Both the position numbers and the translations under genes were made by a program. Shown here piece after piece: positions 55,871-64,000 of a stretch of 64,000 nucleotides of DNA. The stretch's first letter is position 1. Every line of letters starts with the position of its first letter. The notes beneath the pieces are model-generated. The model saw only the letters and a list, made by a program, of their open reading frames with translations, did not search any database and was not told the DNA's origin. The stretch is from a virus (lineage: Duplodnaviria > Caudoviricetes), in the IMG/VR virus record IMGVR_UViG_3300036783_000113, positions 1 to 64,000 of that record; one strand, given 5' to 3'.

Positions 55871-56614
55871 TTATTTTCTATTTTTTTCTAGGTACATAGG
55901 ACACGCGTGTTTGAATTGGCAGAAGTTGGAACACCAAAACCAATTGTACGTAGCTGAATAATTGCTATTCTTAATCTTTTCCCATTGCGTTTTAACCTTC
56001 GCTTTAGCTATTTCTAAGTGTACATCATCAATGATAACTGTACGCGTTTCGTCATGCATAAAGTGGTCGAATTCAAAGATGTCAGGTTTAACACCAGTCA
56101 TTAAATAATAAGCTAATGGATAAACATATGGTTGCCACTGTTCGCTCATTTTCTTAGGTGTAAACGGCTTAGATGACTTATAATCTCGAATAACTATCTT
56201 ACCGTATTCATTTCTATAAGCTAAGTCAATAAAGCCGTATAACTGCGGTACAGCGAAATCAAATCCTACAGTGAATTCTAATTCTGATCCGATGATTCTG
56301 TTTTCTTTTATTAATTGTTGTAACCATCTGAAGCGTTCTATAACGGCCTGTTTACCTTTTTGGTAGTATTCGGCACGTTTATCTTCAGGAACTTCACAAA
56401 CTGGAAACCCTACATCGAAAGCTGCTACAGCTTGATATTCTTGAGTTATAATACCTTTAGCTATTTTCTCTTTAACATCATGACAATGTTTGCCAAACGC
56501 TCCATACCACGTTACGACTGGCGCTATAATATTTGTACCTTCTACATAATCGAATTTAAAGCTTAACGCGCATACATCAATTAAAGTTAACCTTGATGAC
56601 GATAAATATTTCAT
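55871..56614 (-). CDS. PD-(D/E)XK exonuclease (RecB/Cas4-like)
   Basis: SSSRL..C, GFIDL, IRDYKS, QPYVY and C-terminal CSNFCQFKHAC. Confidence 0.85.
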   Translation of the reverse strand: MKYLSSSRLTLIDVCALSFKFDYVEGTNIIAPVVTWYGAFGKHCHDVKEKIAKGIITQEYQAVAAFDVGFPVCEVPEDKRAEYYQKGKQAVIERFRWLQQLIKENRIIGSELEFTVGFDFAVPQLYGFIDLAYRNEYGKIVIRDYKSSKPFTPKKMSEQWQPYVYPLAYYLMTGVKPDIFEFDHFMHDETRTVIIDDVHLEIAKAKVKTQWEKIKNSNYSATYNWFWCSNFCQFKHACPMYLEKNRK

Positions 56615-56647
56615 AATCTAAATCATCCCTTTCCGATGAATAGCCAT

Positions 56648-56833
56648 TTATTTTTTCTTGCATTTTTCATGAGCTAATCCGAACCCTACAGACAATGCAA
56701 TTGCATATTGAATCCACATAGGAGTAAATGCTAATCCGATTGATGCTATTAAAACAACCATAAACCCTAAAATTATAAGTGTTGAATACCATAATCCTTT
56801 AATTAAGAAATCCATTTTATTCATTAGGTTCAA
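56648..56833 (-). CDS. small membrane protein
   Basis: Two TM segments. Confidence 0.6.
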   Translation of the reverse strand: MNLMNKMDFLIKGLWYSTLIILGFMVVLIASIGLAFTPMWIQYAIALSVGFGLAHEKCKKK

Positions 56834-57126
56834 CCTCCCTTGTTACTTCTTCAATTTCAAAACCTGTAGTTGATATATCTCCCCATAAATGAGATTTTAT
56901 AAGCGACAATATTTCTGAAGCATCCCTTGAATTCGATGATATTTTAATAGTTATAGAATTCATTTTGTTTTCTCCTTTGCTAATTCATAAATTTTTAGTT
57001 TGATGAATTTTCTTCTGAAGTGAAATTGTTTGTTAATATAGTCTTCAAGTTCTTTTAATGTTTCAAATTCATCCCATAAGTCTTCAACTAATGTTTCTAA
57101 ATTGTGATAAGCCATATTACCACCCC

Positions 57127-57483
57127 TTAATATCTAATCACACGTAAATCTAACTTATAAGCTTCAGCAATGTCAATCATATTACGTGTGCCATGACTTG
57201 AACCATCCCAAAAACAAATACAAGCATCTGCATATTGAGCCATTTCTTTATTTCGTTTAGCTCCTGCTTTATCACCGAATTCAGTCCAATTAGCCGGAAA
57301 TTGTTTTATAGGCATGTTATTTTCTTTAGCATACCATTCTCCTAATTGATCTGCTCCTTCAGCTGTACCACTCACAATTTCAATATCACGTTTATCTAAA
57401 GTTACGAATAAATGGTTAAGCATCGATTTTAATTTTCCGTAATCAGTAAACTTTCTTCCTCCTGCTACAATAATTTTCATCAT
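57127..57483 (-). CDS. SLOG-superfamily YspA-like protein
   Basis: IIVAGGRKF, VSGTAEGAD, AG.KRN.EM, FWDGSSHGT. Confidence 0.85.
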   Translation of the reverse strand: MMKIIVAGGRKFTDYGKLKSMLNHLFVTLDKRDIEIVSGTAEGADQLGEWYAKENNMPIKQFPANWTEFGDKAGAKRNKEMAQYADACICFWDGSSHGTRNMIDIAEAYKLDLRVIRY

Positions 57484-57486
57484 CTG

Positions 57487-57879
57487 TTATTCCCCCTTTT
57501 TGAATCCTAATGGATAAAAGTCTTTTGTTGCTTTAGGTTTAACTTCTAATAAAGTCTTAGTTAAGTCTTCATTCCATTTATATAGATACACACCGTATGT
57601 CAAACCGTTTCTAAAATACTTTTTACTGAAATATTCATTCATTTTATTCCTTGCTGCTTTTTCAGAGCCAAACCTAGCAGAACTACCACCACTGTAAGAA
57701 CTAATTACAGCTACATATGGTTTTTCTAAACGGTCAATATTAGTTAATTGATGTTCAACTAAATTCAATTCCCTTTCTAATTCTTCTTTACGCGATAATA
57801 ACATTTGTTTTTCTAACTTTAATTTTTCCTTATCCATCTTAATTCCCCCTATTGATACCATTTTGCATTTTTTAAACAC
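57487..57879 (-). CDS. hypothetical protein
   Basis: Coiled-coil N-terminus; start probably MDKEKL. Confidence 0.6.
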   Translation of the reverse strand: MFKKCKMVSIGGIKMDKEKLKLEKQMLLSRKEELERELNLVEHQLTNIDRLEKPYVAVISSYSGGSSARFGSEKAARNKMNEYFSKKYFRNGLTYGVYLYKWNEDLTKTLLEVKPKATKDFYPLGFKKGE

Positions 57880-58871
57880 AAGTTGAATGTCTCTATGTTA
57901 CAGTCACTCGCGTCCCCTATAAATGGCGGCATCGTACACCATACTTTACAACCTTTGCTTTTTAATCTTGCTGCTGTCTTCATAGCTGCTACTTGTCCAG
58001 CCTGACTCTCATCATCATCATGATCCGCAAACAATAACACATCAACCCCTAGTGAAGCTATTAAATTCAATTGTCTTTCGGTTACAGAAGTACCCATTGT
58101 AGCTACGAAGTTATGATGTCCGTATTGGAATGCTCGCCAAACGTTTCCGCAAGACTCTACAACACCAATCCATCTTTTCTCCCTAGCGTACAGACTAGCT
58201 GTAAAATAATTATATAATGTGAGATTAGCTGATTGCCCTTGTTGAGTAGAACCGAACATATACTTAGGATTAACATTATCATCGGTTGTACGCCCTTGAA
58301 TGGCCACAAGACGATTCTGTTCATCAAATACAGGATGTACAATTCTATCTTTAAGTGAACCATTGTATGGATAATAACCAAGCATAAATTGTTTAGCTAC
58401 TTCAGGTGTGTAACCTCTATTAGCCCAATACGGATGTAAACAGAATTGAATAGCGTTTCCAATATTAGGATCAATCGGTACTGGTTCAGCGATTTCTTGA
58501 TTCTCATAATTAAAACCTTCAATCCATCCATCGTTGATTTGTTTGTCCATTTCTTTGCCGCTTGCAAATGACATCCAACCGATTGCATCTTGGAAACTAT
58601 GTCCACAATGTTTAGTTATAAACTCAAGTAAATCAATATTAGAAAATGTCTTATGCGTGAAATCTGTAATACGGAACTTTTCATCGTCGTAATTATAAGT
58701 CGCTGCACAACCATTTGGATTATCTCCACCGCGAAAGAACGCTGGAAATCTCCAATCAGAACGATTTTTATTCATTGGTCTTAATAGTTTAGAGGGGCAA
58801 CCTAAGAAGGTGAAGAGTACCCCTATATCAACTGTTTTATTTAAATGTGCGATTTCATCTTTTGTAATCAT
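57849..58871 (-). CDS. dnaG: DNA primase (TOPRIM)
   Basis: RIVHPV, IQGR, PKY, VVES, ATMGT, FADHD. Confidence 0.85.
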   Translation of the reverse strand: MITKDEIAHLNKTVDIGVLFTFLGCPSKLLRPMNKNRSDWRFPAFFRGGDNPNGCAATYNYDDEKFRITDFTHKTFSNIDLLEFITKHCGHSFQDAIGWMSFASGKEMDKQINDGWIEGFNYENQEIAEPVPIDPNIGNAIQFCLHPYWANRGYTPEVAKQFMLGYYPYNGSLKDRIVHPVFDEQNRLVAIQGRTTDDNVNPKYMFGSTQQGQSANLTLYNYFTASLYAREKRWIGVVESCGNVWRAFQYGHHNFVATMGTSVTERQLNLIASLGVDVLLFADHDDDESQAGQVAAMKTAARLKSKGCKVWCTMPPFIGDASDCNIETFNLCLKNAKWYQ

Positions 58872-58889
58872 ACAATCACCCCTCTAATT

Positions 58890-60248
58890 TTATACACCTT
58901 TAATTTTACCGTCAGCCCAACCTAATTCTCTTACACTATGAATATTCTGTTGGAAATCAAACGATATAGCTTTACCAATTAAGTTTTGGTCAACTTTACG
59001 ACCTGTAGTTAATACTAATTCATGAGTACCTTGTTTCATTGGGTCACTCTTATCTCTTAAATACAAGAAGCAAATAACATCGGCTAACTTACCAAAGTGT
59101 GATGTCTCCCAAAACTTCCACTTCTTCGTTTGTTCATTAATGATAGCTTGTCCTGAAGTTATAACAGGTATTTTACATTGCTTTGCTATCTTTTCTTTCA
59201 ATGTATCAATCTTAGCTGCCATAACTAAATCCGTACGACCTACATCAATTTCGTGAGATTGTATTTTAACATAATCGTAGACGAATAGTTGTATGTTGTA
59301 CTTTAACTGTAACTCTTTAACTTTACTTTCTAACTTACCATTGTCCATCATGTTTGCATTGAAATAATACAACGGCAATGTTTCTATTTCTTCCCACGCT
59401 TTATTTACTAATTGTTCTTGTATTTCATTAAGTGTATCGTTAGAAATTGAATCTTCAGGAACACCTGATATTTTAGATGCTATACGAAGTAAGATTTCTT
59501 CTTCAGTCATTTCGGTATCAGCATAAGCTACAGGTATTCCATATGTTCTAGCTAAGAAGATAGCTATTTCTAACATGAAAGATGACTTACCTACCTTTTC
59601 AGGCGCTCCAATAACGTACAACGCTGCTGGACGTAATGCCTTGAACATTTGATTAAGAAGTGGAAACTTTTCAGCTATACTTATACCAGCTGATTCTTTA
59701 CTCTTAATCGATTCACGAACTCGTTGTACCTTAGAACCGATTTTCTTAACTTCTTCATCATTATCTAAGTTGGATCGTAATGCGTAAACATTTTCTTTTA
59801 TTCTTTCATCAATAGCTTGTACATCAATGAATTCTTGACCGCTTTCGGAATCATAATTAGTTTCTGCATAAGCAATAACTTTATTCGCTGTTACGATAGC
59901 GTTTCTTCTGTAAGTGTAACTTTTCAACATCTTAACTTGAGCTTCAATCGAAGGAGTTTCCGGCATAGAACTATCACGGAATGAACTTTCAATCATATAA
60001 GTTCCACCAGCATCCATAAATTTCTGATGATCCCCTTTTCTTTCAGCTTCAAGTAATGTCATGATACCTTCAGCACTAATGCCTCCACTTGCCGCTACTC
60101 TCAACATTGCTCCAAACATAATACGATTGTTATTATCCACGAAATCATTAGGCTTTAACTTTTGAGCGATTTCAGGAATCATTGTTTCACGATTGTACAT
60201 AACTTTTAAAATATAAAATTCTGTTGAATGACTATGAAGTCCAGCCAA
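58890..60248 (-). CDS. dnaB: replicative DnaB-family helicase
   Basis: GAPEKVGKS Walker A, DTEM, FVYDY Walker B, PVITSGQ. Confidence 0.9.
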   Translation of the reverse strand: MAGLHSHSTEFYILKVMYNRETMIPEIAQKLKPNDFVDNNNRIMFGAMLRVAASGGISAEGIMTLLEAERKGDHQKFMDAGGTYMIESSFRDSSMPETPSIEAQVKMLKSYTYRRNAIVTANKVIAYAETNYDSESGQEFIDVQAIDERIKENVYALRSNLDNDEEVKKIGSKVQRVRESIKSKESAGISIAEKFPLLNQMFKALRPAALYVIGAPEKVGKSSFMLEIAIFLARTYGIPVAYADTEMTEEEILLRIASKISGVPEDSISNDTLNEIQEQLVNKAWEEIETLPLYYFNANMMDNGKLESKVKELQLKYNIQLFVYDYVKIQSHEIDVGRTDLVMAAKIDTLKEKIAKQCKIPVITSGQAIINEQTKKWKFWETSHFGKLADVICFLYLRDKSDPMKQGTHELVLTTGRKVDQNLIGKAISFDFQQNIHSVRELGWADGKIKGV

Positions 60249-60253
60249 TTAAC

Positions 60254-60859
60254 TCACCCTCTTGACAATTCATGTTTAAAGTAATCCATATGAAGATTGT
60301 AATAATTTTCTTTATCTAGATTAGTAATAAGTTGGTCAACCTTTGCATATAAATCTTCTAAAGTACCATTATTAGTAATAACTAAACCTTTTAAATTAGC
60401 TTGTTCGGTTTCTGTTGAATGACCGAATGCTTCCATGTCGATATTACCATCGCGTTCAACTACACGGCTTACACAACTGTCAAAATCAGCTTCAATCTTA
60501 ACTGGTAAATAACCTTTTTCTAGATAGTGTGAATACTCGTATGTACGTCTTACATCTGTAATAACGTGCAACGGTTTTTCGTCTAGTTGGAATGTTTCAG
60601 TGTAATTATTGTGGTCTTTGATCCATAACTCAATATCCTTATCTAATAAGTCAATCCATTTAGTTTGGCCACAAATTCCTTTAACCTTTTCGCCAATATT
60701 AATTAAGTTTGTTTTTGTCATTGGCAAATCAAGTACCGCACAAGTCCGTCTTATTCTATCGGCAAGGGCAAACGTCTTATACTCATGTCTTGCGTTTAAA
60801 TGATTAGCAACGGTATCTTTACCGCTGCCGCGTAACCCTAAAATCATAATGTTAGTCAT
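60254..60859 (-). CDS. deoxynucleoside monophosphate kinase
   Basis: GLRGSGKDT, FALAD, VITDVR..YE, HSTE, ITNNGTLEDL. Confidence 0.85.
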   Translation of the reverse strand: MTNIMILGLRGSGKDTVANHLNARHEYKTFALADRIRRTCAVLDLPMTKTNLINIGEKVKGICGQTKWIDLLDKDIELWIKDHNNYTETFQLDEKPLHVITDVRRTYEYSHYLEKGYLPVKIEADFDSCVSRVVERDGNIDMEAFGHSTETEQANLKGLVITNNGTLEDLYAKVDQLITNLDKENYYNLHMDYFKHELSRG

Positions 60860-61061
60860 TCTGAAATTCCTCCTTTAATACAAACATATCAGCATTTCTA
60901 CCCCAACTACATCCAGTGCCATCTTGATTAGTGTACAAAATAGACCCTTGCTTCACTCTTGTTACAATACCTTTTGATCCTGAAGCTTCATTATAAACAA
61001 AATCACCTTTCTTTATATAAACTTCACTCGATGGATACCATTTGTAATTAGAATCATTCAT
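60852..61061 (-). CDS. small SH3-like hypothetical protein
   Basis: IKKGDFV...KGIVTRV pattern. Confidence 0.6.
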   Translation of the reverse strand: MNDSNYKWYPSSEVYIKKGDFVYNEASGSKGIVTRVKQGSILYTNQDGTGCSWGRNADMFVLKEEFQND

Positions 61062-61339
61062 GTTAACTTAATTCCTTTAGTTGCTTTGCGGATATCCATA
61101 ACAGCCTTTTGGATAAATGTCTTTAACTCTTCAACTGTCGTAACATCGCTACCGATAATTTCTTTGTTTAGAATACCTACACAAGCTTGTTCTAAGTTAG
61201 GGTAGAAACCATCTTCTTTATAACCGATTTCACCAGTTTTCTTACCTTCTTTATCTTCTTTCTCGTAACGTTTTTCAATAACTACATTCAATGGTTTAGT
61301 TGTGATACGATAATTTTCAGTTACTTGTAATTCTTTCAT
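61058..61339 (-). CDS. hypothetical protein (DUF5405-like)
   Basis: YRITT..NVVIEK...GFYPNLEQA pattern. Confidence 0.55.
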   Translation of the reverse strand: MKELQVTENYRITTKPLNVVIEKRYEKEDKEGKKTGEIGYKEDGFYPNLEQACVGILNKEIIGSDVTTVEELKTFIQKAVMDIRKATKGIKLT

Positions 61340-61701
61340 TTTTGCTCACTCTCCAATTTCGAAATAATTTCATCTATTTTATCAATTACTTTTTCTTTTC
61401 GTTCTGAACCACATGAATCATCGTTAATTTCTTGCAATTCATGAATTAAGTCTTTGTAATTAATAAGGACTCCGACCTCTTCATGAAGGACTTTTAATTC
61501 TTTTAAATCAATTTCGTTAATATAAGCAACTTCTAATTCATTTAATTCTTTTTCTGTAGCGCCCATTTCGACTAAAATATGGCCAACGGCACACATACAT
61601 TTACCGTGATTAGTTGTATCTGAAATGTAATAACAATCAACTAAATATTCAGCTGTTTCAATACGATTTCTAGCACCTTTTAAAATTTCGATTAAATCCA
61701 T
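61336..61701 (-). CDS. hypothetical protein
   Basis: 121 aa with CMCAVGH. Confidence 0.7.
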   Translation of the reverse strand: MDLIEILKGARNRIETAEYLVDCYYISDTTNHGKCMCAVGHILVEMGATEKELNELEVAYINEIDLKELKVLHEEVGVLINYKDLIHELQEINDDSCGSERKEKVIDKIDEIISKLESEQK

Positions 61702-61860
61702 TTTATTTTTCCCCCTTGTTAACTGTATTTAAAATATAAAACATAGCTGACATGAAAATTATAAATCCTAAAAGCATTAAGTACCATTCGTCGTTAGCGA
61801 AAAAAATTCCTGATCCTAAACCGTAAACTAATAATCCGCATGTTACTTTAAAGCTTTTAT

Positions 61861-62067
61861 TCATTTAACTTCACCGTACCCTTCCAAAAAGTAAGTTGTA
61901 ACTTGTCCACTTAAATTTTCGCACATTTTATCGAAATTATCTTTACCTTTAGCTTCGTGTGGCATCTTAACTAATCCAGCTCTTTTGTCTACGTAAGTAT
62001 CTTCTTTTTCAACCCACGGTAATAAAGTTCCGATACCTGCTGTTACGTTTGTTAATTCGCTTTTCAT
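61861..62067 (-). CDS. hypothetical protein
   Basis: 68 aa, GGGGG RBS. Confidence 0.6.
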   Translation of the reverse strand: MKSELTNVTAGIGTLLPWVEKEDTYVDKRAGLVKMPHEAKGKDNFDKMCENLSGQVTTYFLEGYGEVK

Positions 62068-62082
62068 TTTAAATTCCCCCTT

Positions 62083-62511
62083 TTACCATTCGTTAAGGTT
62101 TAACCATGCTGGCGTTTGTTCCTTAACCTTGTCCTTATTGTAATCTGTATTACCGTATTTTACAATGCTTTCAGGTAAAATTTCTTCAACTTTATTTAAG
62201 TTATGTTGCTCACTACGTCTTCTAATCTTCCAATATTCTAAACTCTTAGGAAGACAATCATAACCTAAACTAGCCATTACACGCATTTTCCAACCCATCA
62301 TAGAAGCGTATTCAATCGCATCCATAATGATTGCTTCAACAGATAAATCCGTTACAACGTTGTTATCTTCAATGTATTGTTTAACATCTTTCTTTAATGT
62401 TTTAGATAGATATATTCCCATCATACGTTTCTCACCTTGTGTAAAAGGTTTGTCACCTTCAAACTTTTTAATAAATGAATCAGTAATATCACGATTAGTT
62501 ATACGTGCCAA
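62083..62511 (-). CDS. hypothetical protein
   Basis: 142 aa, GGAGG RBS. Confidence 0.7.
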   Translation of the reverse strand: MARITNRDITDSFIKKFEGDKPFTQGEKRMMGIYLSKTLKKDVKQYIEDNNVVTDLSVEAIIMDAIEYASMMGWKMRVMASLGYDCLPKSLEYWKIRRRSEQHNLNKVEEILPESIVKYGNTDYNKDKVKEQTPAWLNLNEW

Positions 62512-62523
62512 TTTAATTCCTCC

Positions 62524-62683
62524 TTAGTAAAATGAAAGTTGAACTAATTCGATTATAACTTGTTTGCTTTTGTCGTATTGGATTCGATTAATAATTCCTT
62601 CTAACATAGTTAAGTTACGCGCTTCTAATTCGTAGGTCGTCCATTTGTTTCCTACATAACATTCAATGTGGTAATTATTCATA
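62524..62683 (-). CDS. small hypothetical protein
   Basis: AGGAGG RBS before MNNYHIEC. Confidence 0.55.
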
Positions 62684-62723
62684 AACACTAACCTCCTTAT
62701 GATCCCTTTCCATAGAATAGCCT

Positions 62724-62996
62724 TTAATATTTCTTCAACATCGCCCCACTTGTAACCCAATTACGGAAGACACTTCTTCTTACTCCTGTAGTTGTGCCTC
62801 TTTTAATGTCTGTCTTCGTTTTATAATACATGTAGAAAGCATCGAAACCAACAATTGTTTTTTCACGATTACCTTTAACCCACGTTTGACCTACAGCTAA
62901 ATTACCTCTAAATTCAGTTCCGTCAGTATAAGTTACCATCGTTAATGCCCAACTCCTTTTCCCATCTAATTTGCCACTGTTGTAAACATAGTTCAA
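62724..62996 (-). CDS. hypothetical protein
   Basis: 90 aa ORF. Confidence 0.55.
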   Translation of the reverse strand: MNYVYNSGKLDGKRSWALTMVTYTDGTEFRGNLAVGQTWVKGNREKTIVGFDAFYMYYKTKTDIKRGTTTGVRRSVFRNWVTSGAMLKKY

Positions 62997-63291
62997 AGTC
63001 CTTTAAACATGATACAGGGAAACTATCACCTGATTTATGTGTGCTTGTACTCCAAACTTCAAGGTGTCTAAATTCAAAGTTGTACATCATTCCTATACCT
63101 ATATTTTCTAACCCTATAGAATGTGGTGTTTTGTTTGTTAATCTAAATCCCCATTGGTCGCACCATTTCTTTTTAATTAAACACGCTTCAGGTTTAACTA
63201 TCAACCCTCTTTTCAATAAATCATTAGCTAAGTCATCCCTCATTTCACGCCAAACTTTCCAATTCGATTCAATACGTTTCATCCTAAACAT
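62923..63291 (-). CDS. hypothetical protein
   Basis: 122 aa, AGGGG RBS. Confidence 0.65.
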   Translation of the reverse strand: MFRMKRIESNWKVWREMRDDLANDLLKRGLIVKPEACLIKKKWCDQWGFRLTNKTPHSIGLENIGIGMMYNFEFRHLEVWSTSTHKSGDSFPVSCLKDFELCLQQWQIRWEKELGINDGNLY

Positions 63292-63334
63292 CCCCTTTTA
63301 GGCAAAATTAAAGAAGGGTAAGTTAATACCCCTC

Positions 63335-63520
63335 TTATTTAGTTTTTATAACCAATAACATTCCGAATATAGATGCTAACATTCCATACATAGCTTCATC
63401 TGTATTACCTTGAAGGAACGATACACTAGCTGCACAAGCTATTATTAGTGATATTAACTCCATCAAATGAGGATAAATCTTGTCCCAAACTTTCTCTTTC
63501 CAAGCGATTAACTTTTTCAT
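63335..63520 (-). CDS. small membrane protein
   Basis: Two TM segments. Confidence 0.6.
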   Translation of the reverse strand: MKKLIAWKEKVWDKIYPHLMELISLIIACAASVSFLQGNTDEAMYGMLASIFGMLLVIKTK

Positions 63521-63521
63521 A

Positions 63522-64000
63522 TTATAACTCCCTCTTTTCTAATTCTTCAAATTTAGGATTCATTGTATCTTCTTTAAAGATAGTTTCAATAACTTTAATG
63601 ACCGGATGACGTTGTACTTCAGTTAAATGAACATGGTCAAAATATTCTCCATTAGGATCATGTTTGTAAAGGCCATTCAAGAATGTATAGAATCCATTAT
63701 CCTTGCTGCTACGTAATGACTTTTCGTCGATTTGAGAGAAGTTACCCATGATAACATATTTAGAATTAGAACCAATACGAGTTGTAATTCCATGCATCGT
63801 AGAGTTATCAATGTTTTGGGATTCATCAATCATAACGTAAGTGCTATGTTTTGTAGAACCGCGCATCGTTTGAATAGGATCAAAGAATATTTGTTTCTTG
63901 GAATTTAATTTAGAATCATTTTCTTCACCAAAGAAGATGTAGTCTTTAATATTCTTAACTCCTTCTTGGTCACTCATTACTTCTAAGTTATCCAAGAATG
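63522..64000 (-). CDS. phoH: PhoH-family ATPase, C-terminal part (runs off the window)
   Basis: PIQTMRGST, VMIDESQN, TRIG.NSK, GNFSQID, HLTEVQRH. Confidence 0.9.
   Translation of the reverse strand, partial: FLDNLEVMSDQEGVKNIKDYIFFGEENDSKLNSKKQIFFDPIQTMRGSTKHSTYVMIDESQNIDNSTMHGITTRIGSNSKYVIMGNFSQIDEKSLRSSKDNGFYTFLNGLYKHDPNGEYFDHVHLTEVQRHPVIKVIETIFKEDTMNPKFEELEKREL

Overview
The whole 64 kb window is part of a large AT-rich siphovirus genome, most consistent with a Bacillus cereus-group phage. Its gene content resembles Basilisk/PBC4-like phages (inference; no database search was possible). No integrase or host DNA is visible. Layout: (1) 1-4.9 kb, small genes, including a Rep-like HTH gene flanked by iteron-like repeats and a Bro-N gene; (2) 5.0-11.3 kb, a module bracketed by two GC-rich patches, containing early-type genes behind sigmaA promoters that share an AAGTTATGTTGCA operator, then a ~0.9 kb non-coding purine-pyrimidine tract; (3) 11.4-19.6 kb, accessory, nucleotide and regulatory genes (NrdH-like, clamp-like, sigma-like, dUTPase, RsfA); (4) 19.7-20.85 kb, a promoter-driven RNA locus with three aberrant tRNA-like elements around a ~600 nt highly paired non-coding segment (ROOL/GOLLD-like candidate); (5) 21-52.2 kb, head, tail and lysis genes, with a +1 frameshift (tail tube to FN3), a -1 frameshift (tail chaperone), a nested scaffold, RBS-sequestering hairpins and an HNH-AP2 gene interrupted by an in-frame UGA; (6) 52.3-64 kb, minus-strand replication and nucleotide genes (RuvC, DHFR, ThyA, PD-(D/E)XK nuclease, SLOG, primase, helicase, dNMP kinase, PhoH).
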